A stretch of 64,000 nucleotides of DNA from Kiritimatiellia bacterium (GTDB lineage Bacteria > Verrucomicrobiota > Kiritimatiellia > CAIQIC01 > Lenti-01), in contig JAFTAH010000072.1 in the NCBI GenBank assembly GCA_017458625.1, forward strand, positions 6,828 through 70,827. Direction: 5' to 3'. The position numbers and the translations under genes were made by a program. The number at the start of each line of letters is the position of its first letter. Positions within the stretch are counted from its first letter, which is position 1. Below the pieces are notes generated by a model. That model did no database searches, was not told the origin of the DNA, and saw only the letters and a list, made by a program, of their open reading frames with translations. Below are positions 46,299 to 56,603 of this stretch, one piece after another.

Positions 46299-47299
46299 TG
46301 TCCGCCTCCATCTGGAGCAGACGGCAGAATGCGCACGAGCACCTCCGGAGGGTCCAGCATCACATGGGGAATCTCGGCAGGCAGCTGGGCCTGGACTTTC
46401 CGCAACACCGTGTTCGGGGAAGCCACAAAGGTGCTGGGCTCGACAAACAGACGCACATCGTCAGCCTTCAGCGAGGCCAGGACTGTTTCGCGCCCGTGCA
46501 GGGTGACATTGCAGGTTTCCGGCGTCAGCTCCGCCAGCAGGGGTTGCCCCGGAGGCACTAGCAGGCGAACCGGCAAGTTGGGAAAGAATTTTTCGCCCCT
46601 CCGCGCCGCAATGCCCACATCCAGCTGCACCGTGCGCGCCCCATACGAGAGGTGCGAGTTCTCCGGTGGCGGCTGTACGCGGAAGGTGGTGGCATGCACC
46701 GGCGAAACCAGTCCCGACAGATTCAGCGGCTCGGTCGGGACAGAGGCCAGGCGCGACACGCTGCTGGACGGCCCCGTGACCGAAATGACCGACGGCGTCA
46801 GGGTGGTATGGACGATCTCATAGCCGTCGGGAAGAATGCTCTGCGTGACGAGGCGGATGGGTATCTGGCGCGTCAGCACCGGTTCCATGCGCAGGCGGAG
46901 CCGCGCCGGGCTGATGGACTCCAGATGCGCCCCGCGAGGGCCCGTGACCTGCTCGGGCCCCAGCAGCACCGCGAATGTGTTCGTGTTCGCATTCGTCTGC
47001 ATGTTCAGCGCCACCTGCACCGCATCCCGGCGGAGTTCCGCCATCTCGGACTTGGACCCCTTGAAGGTGAGGTTGACCTCCCGGACGGACTGCTCGACGA
47101 CCATCCAGCCATCTGGCGCATGCACGGTCAGCGGCATGGCGTCCAGCGACTGAATGTTGCTGGTGGCCTCCCGCACCGTCCACCACAGCAGCACCGCCGC
47201 CAGCACCGCCAGCGTCCAGGTGCCCGCCCGGGAATGCAGGAACGCAATCAGCTTGCGCGTCCAACGCTTCGTGCGCCGCCGCCAGACCCCGCCGCTCAT
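46295..47299 (-). CDS. cdaR: YbbR-like domain protein CdaR (regulator of diadenylate cyclase)
   Basis: N-terminal TM plus repeated YbbR-like beta modules. ATG at 47299 overlapping the cdaA stop. The upstream part of the 484-aa track ORF is noise. Confidence 0.75.
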   Translation of the reverse strand: MSGGVWRRRTKRWTRKLIAFLHSRAGTWTLAVLAAVLLWWTVREATSNIQSLDAMPLTVHAPDGWMVVEQSVREVNLTFKGSKSEMAELRRDAVQVALNMQTNANTNTFAVLLGPEQVTGPRGAHLESISPARLRLRMEPVLTRQIPIRLVTQSILPDGYEIVHTTLTPSVISVTGPSSSVSRLASVPTEPLNLSGLVSPVHATTFRVQPPPENSHLSYGARTVQLDVGIAARRGEKFFPNLPVRLLVPPGQPLLAELTPETCNVTLHGRETVLASLKADDVRLFVEPSTFVASPNTVLRKVQAQLPAEIPHVMLDPPEVLVRILPSAPDGGGQ

Positions 47300-48303
47300 G
47301 ACCGACCTCCTTCCGTCTCGGAAGCGTCCGCCGGCGCGGCGGGGGCCTGTGCCTGTGCCGGGGCCGGAGCATCGGCAGGCGCGGACGCCTGGCCTTCGAC
47401 CGCGCGGGCGCCAGTCGTCGTCTCCCCCGCCATCGAGCTGTTGGCACGCGTCCACCAGCGCGCAAACCATGTTCCTCGCCCCTCGTTCCCGTTGTTCACG
47501 CGGGCGGAGAAGAGCGACTCCAAGGTCTTGTGCAGCTCGTCCCCCGTCAGCACATCCGTCAGTTTGCGGTCCGTGGCCACCCGGATGGCCCCCGTCTGCT
47601 CGCTCACCACCACCACCACCGCATCCGTGTCCTCCGTCAGCCCCACCGCCGCCCGGTGCCGCATTCCCAGACGCCCAATCGAGACCCGTCGACCACCCTT
47701 GACGTTCTGCTCGACATCCCCTCTCGAGGTCGTCATCGGAAACATGCACCCTGCCCGGACAATGCGGTTCTTGCTCACCACCACCCCGCCATCGTGCAGC
47801 GCCGTTCCCGGATAGAAGATGGTGCAGAGCAGGTCCGCCGACACTTCCGCGTCCAGCAGCCGGCCTGAGCTCTGCAGCGACTGCAAGGTGTTTTCGCGCT
47901 CGATGGCGATGAGTGCGCCAATCTTCTCCTTGGCCAGGCGCTGAACCGCATCCTCGACGGCATCCAGCGTCTCGCGCGTCACCTCCACCTCGCCCGGAAC
48001 ATGCGTCTTGCCAATCTCAGCCAGCGCCCGGCGAATCTCCGGATGGAATACGACAATCCCCGCGATCACGACATAGCCGGCCAGTCGCTGGAGCATCCAG
48101 TTCAGCTCCTGCAGCGGCAGCACCCGCGTCACCAGCAGCAAGCCCCCGACCGCCAGCACGAACCCCCACATGATCTCCTCGCCCCGCGTGCCGCGGAACA
48201 AGTTGATGACAAAATAGAACACGACCGCCAGCACCCCGATTTCCACCAAATCGGTTAGCGCCGTCAGCCAGTCCACCCCGATGAATTGCATGACCCAGTT
48301 CAT
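47296..48303 (-). CDS. cdaA: diadenylate cyclase CdaA (c-di-AMP synthase) with N-terminal TM helices and Ala/Pro-rich C-terminal tail
   Basis: DisA_N (DAC) domain motifs ALHDGGVVV, GLRHRAAVG, SEQTG. Confidence 0.85.
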   Translation of the reverse strand: MNWVMQFIGVDWLTALTDLVEIGVLAVVFYFVINLFRGTRGEEIMWGFVLAVGGLLLVTRVLPLQELNWMLQRLAGYVVIAGIVVFHPEIRRALAEIGKTHVPGEVEVTRETLDAVEDAVQRLAKEKIGALIAIERENTLQSLQSSGRLLDAEVSADLLCTIFYPGTALHDGGVVVSKNRIVRAGCMFPMTTSRGDVEQNVKGGRRVSIGRLGMRHRAAVGLTEDTDAVVVVVSEQTGAIRVATDRKLTDVLTGDELHKTLESLFSARVNNGNEGRGTWFARWWTRANSSMAGETTTGARAVEGQASAPADAPAPAQAQAPAAPADASETEGGRS

Positions 48304-48570
48304 GACACCCCCATCCTACTCTACCCGCGCCCCGCGCCGCAATCCCCAAAAGCCGCGAATCGCAACGCGACGACGCTTTTTTGCTGGCACCTCGCCTCCC
48401 TGCGCGGCATGGATGCCCGTCACCATCCCCCTCTGTCCCCATCCCCTTTCCCCAACCTGAAACCGCACTGTGCGCCCCCCCTCCCTATCCCATGAATTCG
48501 TGGGTATCAGGCAGACGGAAAGGACGAAACCTGAGACGGTTGTCGCCATGGGCCGCAGCGACTTCGGTGG

Positions 48571-51336
48571 CTATTCGGCACCCATCGTCCCGCTCACCGG
48601 GAGCAGTAGCGCCTCTGTCACCACCAAGGGCGAAGAGGCTTTGGCGTAGGACTTGTTAAGAATCAATTCGAAGCGGAACGGCATGGGAGGATCGGAAATG
48701 AGAATCAACGGCAGTCGTGTTTCTTCCGTGTCCGCCTGAAGAGCCGTTGACGCAAGGATATCGGGCGAATTAAAATACGTGACCTGGAACGAACCGATTC
48801 CGTTGTCGGACACACGATTGTGCCGCAGAACGGGGAGGTAGACTCCTGGCGGCACGGGCAGGTTGGGGCCGTAAAGCGCCAGCCCCGGCGTAGTGGCTGC
48901 GGGAGGATACTCAATGGCAGGAGAATCGAGCTGGCAAAGGCCTGTCTGTTCGTCCACCAGCATTCGCCCAGAGAACCAGAGGCGAGAGGCCGGGAAGGCA
49001 TAGGCACCATCGGTGGACCGGGGCTTCCAGACGGGACCGGCGGCAAGATAGGCCTGGACGAGAGTTGGCAGCGGACCGGCGGACGCCTTCTTGGTGGTGG
49101 ACAGGGAAAGGCCATAGGGCGAGGCCAAAGGCGTCGAAAACCAACCCGATGTAGCCGAATTCGTGGGCATGACCGCCGGGAGCGACTCAACCGCGACGGG
49201 AGGGCCTTCTGGAGAAGGCAGAGGACGCAGCGCGACCGAGCGTGGACTCACCGCCGCCAGCAGGAGTTCCATCCGCAGATTCGGTTGGGCAAAAATGGGC
49301 GCACGGAGTTTCAACCGCTCGGGGCGCCTCAGGCCAACAGGCTTGCGACAGAAGAAATGGAGTCTGGTTGGCGGCGGCAAGGCGTCAAACCAGGCGACAT
49401 CCAATGCATTTGAGGAAGTCATCGTGTCCGTCTGCTGCTTTTCGTCTTGCCTCAGAATACGAAAGGCAACGGTCTGGGGCGGCAGTGCCCAATCGGAAGC
49501 TGGCGGGCCAAAAGGCGACTCTAGCAGTTGCAGCCTCGGGTTGGCGCGGAGTCCCTGCAACGTGTAGACTGGCGGCCAAGGAGAAACCGTTTCGGGGAAG
49601 GCATGTGGATAGTATAGAATGTAGTGGCATCCCATGGCCAGCAGGGCGTCCAGTTGCGCATCGTCCGCAACCCCTTGGTTGATGGACTCGAAACGCTGAA
49701 ATACATTCTGGCGATAGTCGGCCGGCGCCGCCGGAGAATAGCCATTGATAAAGCGAATGCGTGAAAGCACGGCATCGTATTCATACAAGCTGGACCAATG
49801 GGAGTCGCCTGGCCAGATGGGAATCGCCAGCGCCAGCGGCTTCTCATCCTGGACACCGGCGGCATCTGACAGCACAGCATCTAGCGCCGGTGCGCGTTCC
49901 GGCAGTTGGGTGAGCACCGGCCGAACATGGTCAAGATTCCCCAGGATGACCAGGGCCGAGAAAATCCACACGAAAGCAATCGCCATGCCGTTAACCAGAC
50001 GACCACGTCCCCTCTCCGCCCCACGCGAATCCCCGGATGCATGCGCTGATTCATCCAATTCGGTTTTCGAACCGCGCACCAGAACCGCGCGGTAGATCAG
50101 CGCCAGTAGCGGTACCACGAAGGTTGGCAGAAGACAGTAAATCTTCGCGGTCTGGCGAATCATCGAATACTTGGGCACCAGTTTGCGCGCAAGGCGAATC
50201 CAGAGGCCTGCCGGTGGCGCATGAATCCCCAGCCCCAGCAGGATGGTCGTCAAGATACCCAGCACCAGCAAAACCACGGCCACACGCGGCAACCGGGCCC
50301 GACCTTCCTGTCTCGCCGCCGTCCACCCGGCCAACAGAAGCCCTACCACCAGCAGAACCAGCAGCGGCCAACCGAAGTAGATATGCCGCGCCATTCCCGT
50401 GGCGTTTGCCTCGAACAGCCCGTTGCACATGGGCGAATAGGCCGCCATCTCGAAAATGGTGCGCCCGCCTTGCAGCGAGCTCTGGGCCAGGTTTTGATGG
50501 GCCAAGAAGGTCACGTAGGCAATGGCCCCCAGCAACAGCAGCGCCAACGGAAGCATGGGCAGCAGCACCCGGGCGGAACGCCAGACGGTCGCCAGCCAGT
50601 CGCGCCACGACGGCGCCGCCAGCGTCAGCGAGAGCAATGCCAGCCCGGGCGTCGCCAGCGCGGAAAAATAGAAGACGTGCAAATCGGACGCATACGCGCA
50701 GAAGAGCTCGACGAATACCAGCCCCCACCCCAGCGGCGAGCGGTCGCGGATGGCGCGATCCATGCCATAGGCCAGGAGCGGAGGCAGTGCAATCGCAAAA
50801 CCGGTGGGAGAGCCGCAGACCAGCGTAATCAAGCGGTAGGGCAAGGTACCGCCCAGTAGGGCCGCCAGTGCCGCTGGCAGCCGTGATGGGCCGGGGGCAA
50901 AGCGCCGCGCCCAGAGATACAGGAAGAACAAGCCGAAAAGATAGGAAACCACTCCCGTCACATTCCATGCCACCGCCGCGCCCAGCAGCGGATGAAGCGC
51001 CGCAAAAACTAGTGAAAACGGGAAATAGTGGAAGTCCGCCTGCGTCCGAGCCGAATCGTCTCCCAGATTGAACTCGTAGACGTTTGAAAACGCGGGCGAA
51101 TGGCCGGCCAGCGAATCGTATCCCAGCCAGAAATGATAGAGGAGCTGAATACTGTCAGCGGGATGTGTGCCCTCTGGCAACGCCCTGCCGGAACCGGCCT
51201 GGTCGGACAAAGGAATCATGTCGGTGAAATGTACCGGCAGCGGCCACATCGCATGCCCATAGCACAGCAGGGCCAGAAGCACGAAACCAATCACCGCGAA
51301 CAGATGGCTCAGACCAGAATGGGAAGAATTTTTCAT
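48571..51336 (-). CDS. YfhO-family polytopic membrane protein (putative glycosyltransferase, GT-C like)
   Basis: 921 aa, >12 TM helices in the N-terminal half plus a large C-terminal extracytoplasmic domain; resembles YfhO/ArnT-like GT-C proteins. Confidence 0.65.
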   Translation of the reverse strand: MKNSSHSGLSHLFAVIGFVLLALLCYGHAMWPLPVHFTDMIPLSDQAGSGRALPEGTHPADSIQLLYHFWLGYDSLAGHSPAFSNVYEFNLGDDSARTQADFHYFPFSLVFAALHPLLGAAVAWNVTGVVSYLFGLFFLYLWARRFAPGPSRLPAALAALLGGTLPYRLITLVCGSPTGFAIALPPLLAYGMDRAIRDRSPLGWGLVFVELFCAYASDLHVFYFSALATPGLALLSLTLAAPSWRDWLATVWRSARVLLPMLPLALLLLGAIAYVTFLAHQNLAQSSLQGGRTIFEMAAYSPMCNGLFEANATGMARHIYFGWPLLVLLVVGLLLAGWTAARQEGRARLPRVAVVLLVLGILTTILLGLGIHAPPAGLWIRLARKLVPKYSMIRQTAKIYCLLPTFVVPLLALIYRAVLVRGSKTELDESAHASGDSRGAERGRGRLVNGMAIAFVWIFSALVILGNLDHVRPVLTQLPERAPALDAVLSDAAGVQDEKPLALAIPIWPGDSHWSSLYEYDAVLSRIRFINGYSPAAPADYRQNVFQRFESINQGVADDAQLDALLAMGCHYILYYPHAFPETVSPWPPVYTLQGLRANPRLQLLESPFGPPASDWALPPQTVAFRILRQDEKQQTDTMTSSNALDVAWFDALPPPTRLHFFCRKPVGLRRPERLKLRAPIFAQPNLRMELLLAAVSPRSVALRPLPSPEGPPVAVESLPAVMPTNSATSGWFSTPLASPYGLSLSTTKKASAGPLPTLVQAYLAAGPVWKPRSTDGAYAFPASRLWFSGRMLVDEQTGLCQLDSPAIEYPPAATTPGLALYGPNLPVPPGVYLPVLRHNRVSDNGIGSFQVTYFNSPDILASTALQADTEETRLPLILISDPPMPFRFELILNKSYAKASSPLVVTEALLLPVSGTMGAE

Positions 51337-51499
51337 GTTTGGTTGCCTTGGCTGTGCCCCGCCTCAATCGGCTCGCCATCCAAAATGGCAACACGTTTTG
51401 CAGAGCACGAATGAATCATCCTTTCGTTTTTATCGTGCCATACACAAGGACAGCCCGCAACTGCAAAATCTGTTCGTGAAATCATGATATTTCTTCCGG

Positions 51500-51600
51500 G
51501 CGCATCTGGGTTGTTTGCAACCTCGCTCAAGGGCAATTCCGGGAAAGCTGCAAACGCCCGGCAGGCTTGGTAGGGACCAACCGCCGGGCGGCCCGTGTGC
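51500..51600 (+). repeat. copy B of the ~100-bp repeat family (GCGCATCTGGGTTGTTTGCAA...GGGCAATTCCGGGAAAGCTGCAAACGCCCGGCAGGCT...CCGCCGGGCGGCCCGTG)
   Basis: See copies A and C; sits between the secY terminator and the YfhO-like gene. Confidence 0.6.
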
Positions 51601-51636
51601 CAGAATTGTCTTTCCGAAGCCACAAAAAAACCCGGC

Positions 51637-51665
51637 GGGAAGCCGGGCTTGCCGAATGGCGGGAA
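51637..51665 (-). terminator. rho-independent terminator of the ribosomal/secY operon
   Basis: Minus strand reads GCAAGCCCGGCTTCCCGCCGGGTTTTTTTG: perfect GC stem CCCGGC/GCCGGG, 4-nt loop, 7-U tract, 8 nt after the secY stop. Confidence 0.85.
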
Positions 51666-51672
51666 ACCACGC

Positions 51673-53019
51673 CTAGCGGCGGGAGCGCAGATGGCCCTTG
51701 CGGAGGAAGCCGTCGTAGTGGCGGGTGACGAGGTGGGATTCGACCTGGCGCATCGTGTCCAGCATGACGCCCACGATGATCAACAGCGACGTGCCACCGA
51801 AGAACTGCGCCACCAGCTGGGGAATCTTCAGCATGGGGAGCAGGATGATGGGGAGCACCGCGATGATGGTCAGGAAGATGGCCCCGGCCAGCGTGATGCG
51901 GGTCATGGTCTTGTCCAGATACTCGGCCGTGGGCTTGCCCGGACGGATGCCTGGCACATAGCCGCCGTACTTCTTGAGGTCGTCGGCGATCTGGACGGGA
52001 TGGAACTGGGTCGCCACCCAGAAGTAGGAGAAGAAGAGGATGAGCAAGCCGTAGATGGCAATGTAGAAGAAGGAGGCTTCGCGAGTCAGATGGGTCTGCG
52101 CAAAGTTCTTGGTGAAGGGAATCCATTCCAGCACGCGGCCGAGGAACATCAGGATGGCGGAGGCGAAGATGATGGGCATGACGCCGGAATAGTTCACACG
52201 GAGAGGCATGTAGGTGCTCTGCCCGCCATAGGTCTTGCGCCCGACGACGCGCTTGGCATACTGCACCGGAATCTTGCGCTGGGCCTGGGTGACGGCCACC
52301 ACGCCGGCCGTCACCAGGAAGGCCAGAGCGATGATGACGATCAGCTTGAAGATGTTGGCATCGCCCGTGTGGAACATGGCAATGGTCTGCTCGATGGCTC
52401 CCGGCAGACGGCTCACGATGCTGACCGTGATAATAAGCGAGATGCCGTTGCCAATGCCTCGCGCCGTGATCTGCTCGCCAAACCACATGAGCAACATGGT
52501 GCCCGTCGTCATCGCCAAGACCGCCAGCAACAGGAACGGCACGTTCCCGAGCAACACGATGCGCGTACCTTCCGCAGCCGCCCCGAGGAAACGGCTCGGA
52601 TGGAGCAGCGCGGCAGCAAAGCCAAAGCCCTGGACGACGCACAGGAACACCGTCAGATAGCGGCCATACTGGATGATCTTCTGGCGGCCACTGTCCCCTT
52701 CACGGGCAAGCCGCTCCAGCGACGGGATGACCGCCGTCATGAGCTGCAGGATGATGGAGGCGCTAATGGAGGGCATGATGCCCAGCGCCCCAATGGCCGC
52801 CGCCGTGAGGGCGCCGCCGGAGAACAGGTCAAGCAACCCGAGAAAACCGACGCCACTGCCCTGCGTGATGCGGTCGACAATGCCCTGCAGAGCGACGACA
52901 TCGACGCCCGGCAGTGGGATGACGGCCAGCATCCGGCAGAGGAACAGCAGCGCGCAGGTGAAGAAAATGCGCTGGCGGAGCTCGGGAATCTTAAGGGAGT
53001 TGGTAAATGCGGAAAGCAT
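51673..53019 (-). CDS. secY: preprotein translocase subunit SecY
   Basis: 448 aa, 10 TM helices, conserved SecY motifs (GIMPSISASIILQL, FGEQITARGIGNGISLII). Confidence 0.92.
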   Translation of the reverse strand: MLSAFTNSLKIPELRQRIFFTCALLFLCRMLAVIPLPGVDVVALQGIVDRITQGSGVGFLGLLDLFSGGALTAAAIGALGIMPSISASIILQLMTAVIPSLERLAREGDSGRQKIIQYGRYLTVFLCVVQGFGFAAALLHPSRFLGAAAEGTRIVLLGNVPFLLLAVLAMTTGTMLLMWFGEQITARGIGNGISLIITVSIVSRLPGAIEQTIAMFHTGDANIFKLIVIIALAFLVTAGVVAVTQAQRKIPVQYAKRVVGRKTYGGQSTYMPLRVNYSGVMPIIFASAILMFLGRVLEWIPFTKNFAQTHLTREASFFYIAIYGLLILFFSYFWVATQFHPVQIADDLKKYGGYVPGIRPGKPTAEYLDKTMTRITLAGAIFLTIIAVLPIILLPMLKIPQLVAQFFGGTSLLIIVGVMLDTMRQVESHLVTRHYDGFLRKGHLRSRR

Positions 53020-53183
53020 CGTGGGGTCCTTTCTGCGAAAGCCCCGCGCAGCTGGCGTGGGGCGCTAACGGCTGGCGCAAATGCGCCCGGCGCGGCCTTT
53101 TTGCAAACAGGAAAAGGCCGAAACCCGTGAAGGCCGGAAGCCAATCCCGTCATGGGAGCTGGCTGCGGCCTCGTAGTTCATGC

Positions 53184-53684
53184 CTAGGCCTCCGACGCCG
53201 ACGTATCGGCAGCGGCAGCGGCCTCGACCACCTGCTTGGGCTTGGCCAGCGAAAGGACTTCGCAGGTGCCACCCGCCGCCTCGATCTTCGCCTTGGCGGA
53301 AGCGGAGAAGGCGTGCGCGGAAACCTTGCGCGCCTCCTTGATCTCGCCGTTGCCCAGGATCTTGACGAGGTCGGACTTGGCGATGCGGCCGGCGGCGACA
53401 AGCGCGGCCGGGGTGATGTCGCCCGCCGCCAGGTCGCAGAGGTCGCCCACGTTGATGGCGGCGTACTCGACCCGGTTGGGGCTGGTGAAGCCACGCTTCG
53501 GGATGCGGCGGATGAGCTTCATCTGACCGCCTTCGAAGAGCGGCTTGTGCTTGTGCCCAGTGCGGCTCATCTGGCCCTTGTTGCCCTTCCCGGACGTGCG
53601 GCCCTTGCCGGACGATTCGCCACGGCCAACCCGCATGCGGGCAGTCCGCGCACCCTTGACGTTCTTGAGTTCGTTAAGCTTCAT
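53184..53684 (-). CDS. rplO: 50S ribosomal protein L15
   Basis: MKLNELKNVKGARTARMRVGRGESSGKGRTSGKGNKGQ. Confidence 0.9.
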   Translation of the reverse strand: MKLNELKNVKGARTARMRVGRGESSGKGRTSGKGNKGQMSRTGHKHKPLFEGGQMKLIRRIPKRGFTSPNRVEYAAINVGDLCDLAAGDITPAALVAAGRIAKSDLVKILGNGEIKEARKVSAHAFSASAKAKIEAAGGTCEVLSLAKPKQVVEAAAAADTSASEA

Positions 53685-53696
53685 GGAACAGGCTCC

Positions 53697-54206
53697 TTAC
53701 TGGCGCAGGGCGCTGATTTCTTCGCGGCTCCGCAGCTGGACGAGACCGTCCATGGTCGCCTTGACAACGTTGATGGGGCAGGTGGCGCCCAGGCTCTTGG
53801 CGAGGACGTCGCGCACCCCGGCCAGGTCGAGGACGGCCCGCGCCCCGCCGCCGGCGATGACGCCCGTTCCCTTGGAGGCGGGCTTGAGCATGACGCGGGA
53901 GGCGCCACAGCGGCCAATCACCTCGTGCGGAATGGTGCGGTCCTTGAGGACAATCTTGACCATGGCGCGACGCGCCATCTCCGTGCCCTTGCGGATGGCG
54001 TCCGCGTTCTCGTTGGCCTTGCCCAGGGCGTAGCCGATCTGGCCTTCGCCATCGCCAACCACGACCAGCGCGGAATAGCTGAAGCGACGGCCGCCCTTGA
54101 CGACCTTGGACGTGCGGTTGACCTGGACGACGCGCTCCTGGATGTTGTCCTTGACGAAGTCGTCACTCTTGCGATCACGATCGCGCTTGCGGAATTCTTC
54201 TGCCAT
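53697..54206 (-). CDS. rpsE: 30S ribosomal protein S5
   Basis: VVQVNRTSKVVKGGRRFSYSALVVVGDGEGQIGYALGKA. No rpmD (L30) gene lies between rpsE and rplO. Confidence 0.92.
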   Translation of the reverse strand: MAEEFRKRDRDRKSDDFVKDNIQERVVQVNRTSKVVKGGRRFSYSALVVVGDGEGQIGYALGKANENADAIRKGTEMARRAMVKIVLKDRTIPHEVIGRCGASRVMLKPASKGTGVIAGGGARAVLDLAGVRDVLAKSLGATCPINVVKATMDGLVQLRSREEISALRQ

Positions 54207-54220
54207 TGGAAACTCCTGGG

Positions 54221-54577
54221 TTAGAAGACGAGACCAGCCTCGCGGGCGGCGTCGGCCAGGGCGCGAAGGCGTTTGCTGTAGACGAAACCACCGCGGTCGA
54301 AGACGACGGCGGAGATGCCCTTGGCCTTGGCGGCCTCGCCGGCGGCAGTCCCGACGGCCTTGGCTGTTTCGGCGTTGAGCGGCTTGTCCTTGAGTTCTCC
54401 GGCAACCGTGGAGACGGCGGCAAGCGTGCGGCCGGCCACGTCGTCAATGAACTGGACGTAGATGTGCTTGTTGGAGAGGAACACGCTCATGCGGGGACGT
54501 TCGGCACTGCCCTTGACCTTGCGGCGCAGGCGCAGATGACGGCGAATCCGATATTCCTTGAGAGTCTTGACTTTCAT
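54221..54577 (-). CDS. rplR: 50S ribosomal protein L18
   Basis: [31 protein letters not shown]...[30 protein letters not shown] at 54577. Confidence 0.88.
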   Translation of the reverse strand: MKVKTLKEYRIRRHLRLRRKVKGSAERPRMSVFLSNKHIYVQFIDDVAGRTLAAVSTVAGELKDKPLNAETAKAVGTAAGEAAKAKGISAVVFDRGGFVYSKRLRALADAAREAGLVF

Positions 54578-54578
54578 G

Positions 54579-55118
54579 CTATGCCACCGTCTTTCCTGCC
54601 TTGCGGCGAACGTGCTCGTCCTTGTAGCGGATGCCCTTGCCCTTGTAGGGCTCCGGCGGGCAGAAGCCGCGGATGCGTGCGGCAACCTGGCCGACCAGCT
54701 GCTTGTCGATGCCTTCGACCTTGAGATGGACGGCATCTTCCGCGACCGTCAGCTTGATTCCCTCGGGCACCTCGTAGATGACCGGATGGGAGAAGCCCAC
54801 GCTCATGTTGAGCGTCTTGCCGCTGATGGAGGCGCGATAGCCGACGCCCTGAATCTCAAGTTCCTTGGCATAGCCGGAAAGCACGCCTTGGACCATGTTG
54901 TTGAGGAGCGCGCGCATCGTGCCATGGGAAGCACGAGCCTGCTTGTCCTCGGCCTTGCGGGCGACCGTGAGGACGCCGTTGTCCAGAGTGACCTCGATGC
55001 CGGCGGGGATGGGCTGCGCAAGCTCGCCCTTGGGCCCCTTGACCGTGACCTGACCATCTGAAATGGTGGCTTCGACGCCCTTGGGGAGCGGAAGCGGTTT
55101 CTTGCCAATGCGGGACAT
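54579..55118 (-). CDS. rplF: 50S ribosomal protein L6
   Basis: [33 protein letters not shown]. Confidence 0.92.
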   Translation of the reverse strand: MSRIGKKPLPLPKGVEATISDGQVTVKGPKGELAQPIPAGIEVTLDNGVLTVARKAEDKQARASHGTMRALLNNMVQGVLSGYAKELEIQGVGYRASISGKTLNMSVGFSHPVIYEVPEGIKLTVAEDAVHLKVEGIDKQLVGQVAARIRGFCPPEPYKGKGIRYKDEHVRRKAGKTVA

Positions 55119-55136
55119 ATCGTGTGACCTTTCTGG

Positions 55137-55532
55137 TTACCAGACCTGGCAGAGGACTTCGCCGCCGACGTTGGCCGCGCGGGCCTGCCGGTCGGAAAGA
55201 ATTCCCCGGCTGGTGCTGAGGACGGCCGTGCCGAGTCCGGCGCGCACGCGGGGGATGTCGCCGGCACCGACGTAGCGACGGAGACCGGGCTTCGACACGC
55301 GGGCGATCTTCTGGATGACGGGCTTGTCGTTGTAGTACTTGAGCTTGATGCAAAGCGTCTTCTTGCCGTCGACCTCGCCCTCCGAGACCTCGCCGACGTA
55401 GCCTTCCTCCTTGAGGGTGCGGGCGATGGCGGCCTTGAGGCGGGAATGGCTCATGACGACGTCGGCAAGACCGGCGCGACTGGCATTGCGAATGCGGGTG
55501 AGCATGTCCGCGATGGGATCAGAGCAACTCAT
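55137..55532 (-). CDS. rpsH: 30S ribosomal protein S8
   Basis: DPIADMLTRIRNASRAG...AVLSTSRGILSDRQARAANVGGEVLCQVW. ATG at 55532. Confidence 0.9.
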   Translation of the reverse strand: MSCSDPIADMLTRIRNASRAGLADVVMSHSRLKAAIARTLKEEGYVGEVSEGEVDGKKTLCIKLKYYNDKPVIQKIARVSKPGLRRYVGAGDIPRVRAGLGTAVLSTSRGILSDRQARAANVGGEVLCQVW

Positions 55533-55546
55533 GGGGCTTCTCCTTT

Positions 55547-55786
55547 CTACCAACTGGCTTTGACGACGCCGGGAATCTTGCCTTCGGAGGCGAGCTCGCG
55601 GAAGCAGATGCGGCAGAGCTGGAATTTGCGCATGTAGCCGTGACGACGGCCGCAGCGCTTGCAGCGGGTGTAGGCGCGCGAAGTGAAGGTGGCGGGCGAT
55701 TCGGGGTCGGCCTTCGCGGCGGCGAGGGCGTCGGCCTTGCGCTGGATGGTGCGCTCGCTCTTGACCCTGAGGGATTTCTTAGCCAT
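55547..55786 (-). CDS. rpsN: 30S ribosomal protein S14 (zinc-binding CxxC...CxxC form, 79 aa)
   Basis: [13 protein letters not shown]...[42 protein letters not shown] at 55786. Confidence 0.88.
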   Translation of the reverse strand: MAKKSLRVKSERTIQRKADALAAAKADPESPATFTSRAYTRCKRCGRRHGYMRKFQLCRICFRELASEGKIPGVVKASW

Positions 55787-55799
55787 GTGTATGACCTTT

Positions 55800-56339
55800 C
55801 TATGCGTTGGCGAAGGGCATGCCCAGAAGCCGGAGAAGCTCCTTGGCGTCTGCATCGGTCTTCGCAGTGGTTACGATGGTGATGTCCATGCCCTGGACGC
55901 GCTTGACCTTGTCGGCGTCGATCTCGGGGAACAGGCTCTGCTCCTTGAGCCCCATGGTGTAGTTGCCGCGTCCGTCGAAGGACTTGGCGGGGATGCCGCG
56001 GAAGTCGCGGATGCGCGGGAGGGCCGCGTGGATCAGGCGCTCGAGGAACTCGTACATGCGCTCGCCGCGCAAGGTGACCTTGGCCCCGATGGCCATGCCT
56101 TCGCGAAGCTTGAAGTTCGAGATGCTCTTCGTGGCCTTCGTCAGCGCCGGACGCTGCCCGGTGATCTTCGCCAGGTCGTCCATGGCGGCCTTGAGCGCAT
56201 CGCGGTCGACCTGCGAGTTGACGCCGATGTTGACCACCACCTTGACGAGCTTCGGAATGTCCATCACGGACGGGAACTTGCCCGAGTCCTTGAGGGCCTT
56301 GACGACCTCGTTCGTGTATTTTTGCTTCAAGACGGACAT
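55800..56339 (-). CDS. rplE: 50S ribosomal protein L5
   Basis: [22 protein letters not shown]...[45 protein letters not shown]. Confidence 0.92.
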   Translation of the reverse strand: MSVLKQKYTNEVVKALKDSGKFPSVMDIPKLVKVVVNIGVNSQVDRDALKAAMDDLAKITGQRPALTKATKSISNFKLREGMAIGAKVTLRGERMYEFLERLIHAALPRIRDFRGIPAKSFDGRGNYTMGLKEQSLFPEIDADKVKRVQGMDITIVTTAKTDADAKELLRLLGMPFANA

Positions 56340-56342
56340 GGC

Positions 56343-56603
56343 TTACTCCTTCTCCTTCTTGGCCGCAGGGGTGACCACGGCGAGATTCGAGATCGCGATG
56401 GGGGCTTCGCGCTTGACGATGCCGCCATTCGGATTGTCGTTGCTCTTCTTCAGGGCCTTGGAGACGAAGTGGAATCCTTCGACCAGCGCGCGCTGCGTCT
56501 TCGGATACACCTTGAGGACCTTGCCTGTCTTCTTGCCGGCGTCGGCGCCGGAAATCGCGCGGACGATGTCGCCGCGGCGAACGTGCAGCTTGGGCTTGTT
56601 CAC
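56343..56603 (-). CDS. rplX: 50S ribosomal protein L24 (86 aa, GTG start overlapping the rplN stop)
   Basis: (V)NKPKLHVRRGDIVRAISGADAGKKTGKVLKVYPKTQRALVEGFHFVSK. GTG at 56603-56601 shares one base with the rplN TAG. The upstream part of the 188-aa track ORF is antisense noise. Confidence 0.8.
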   Translation of the reverse strand: MNKPKLHVRRGDIVRAISGADAGKKTGKVLKVYPKTQRALVEGFHFVSKALKKSNDNPNGGIVKREAPIAISNLAVVTPAAKKEKE

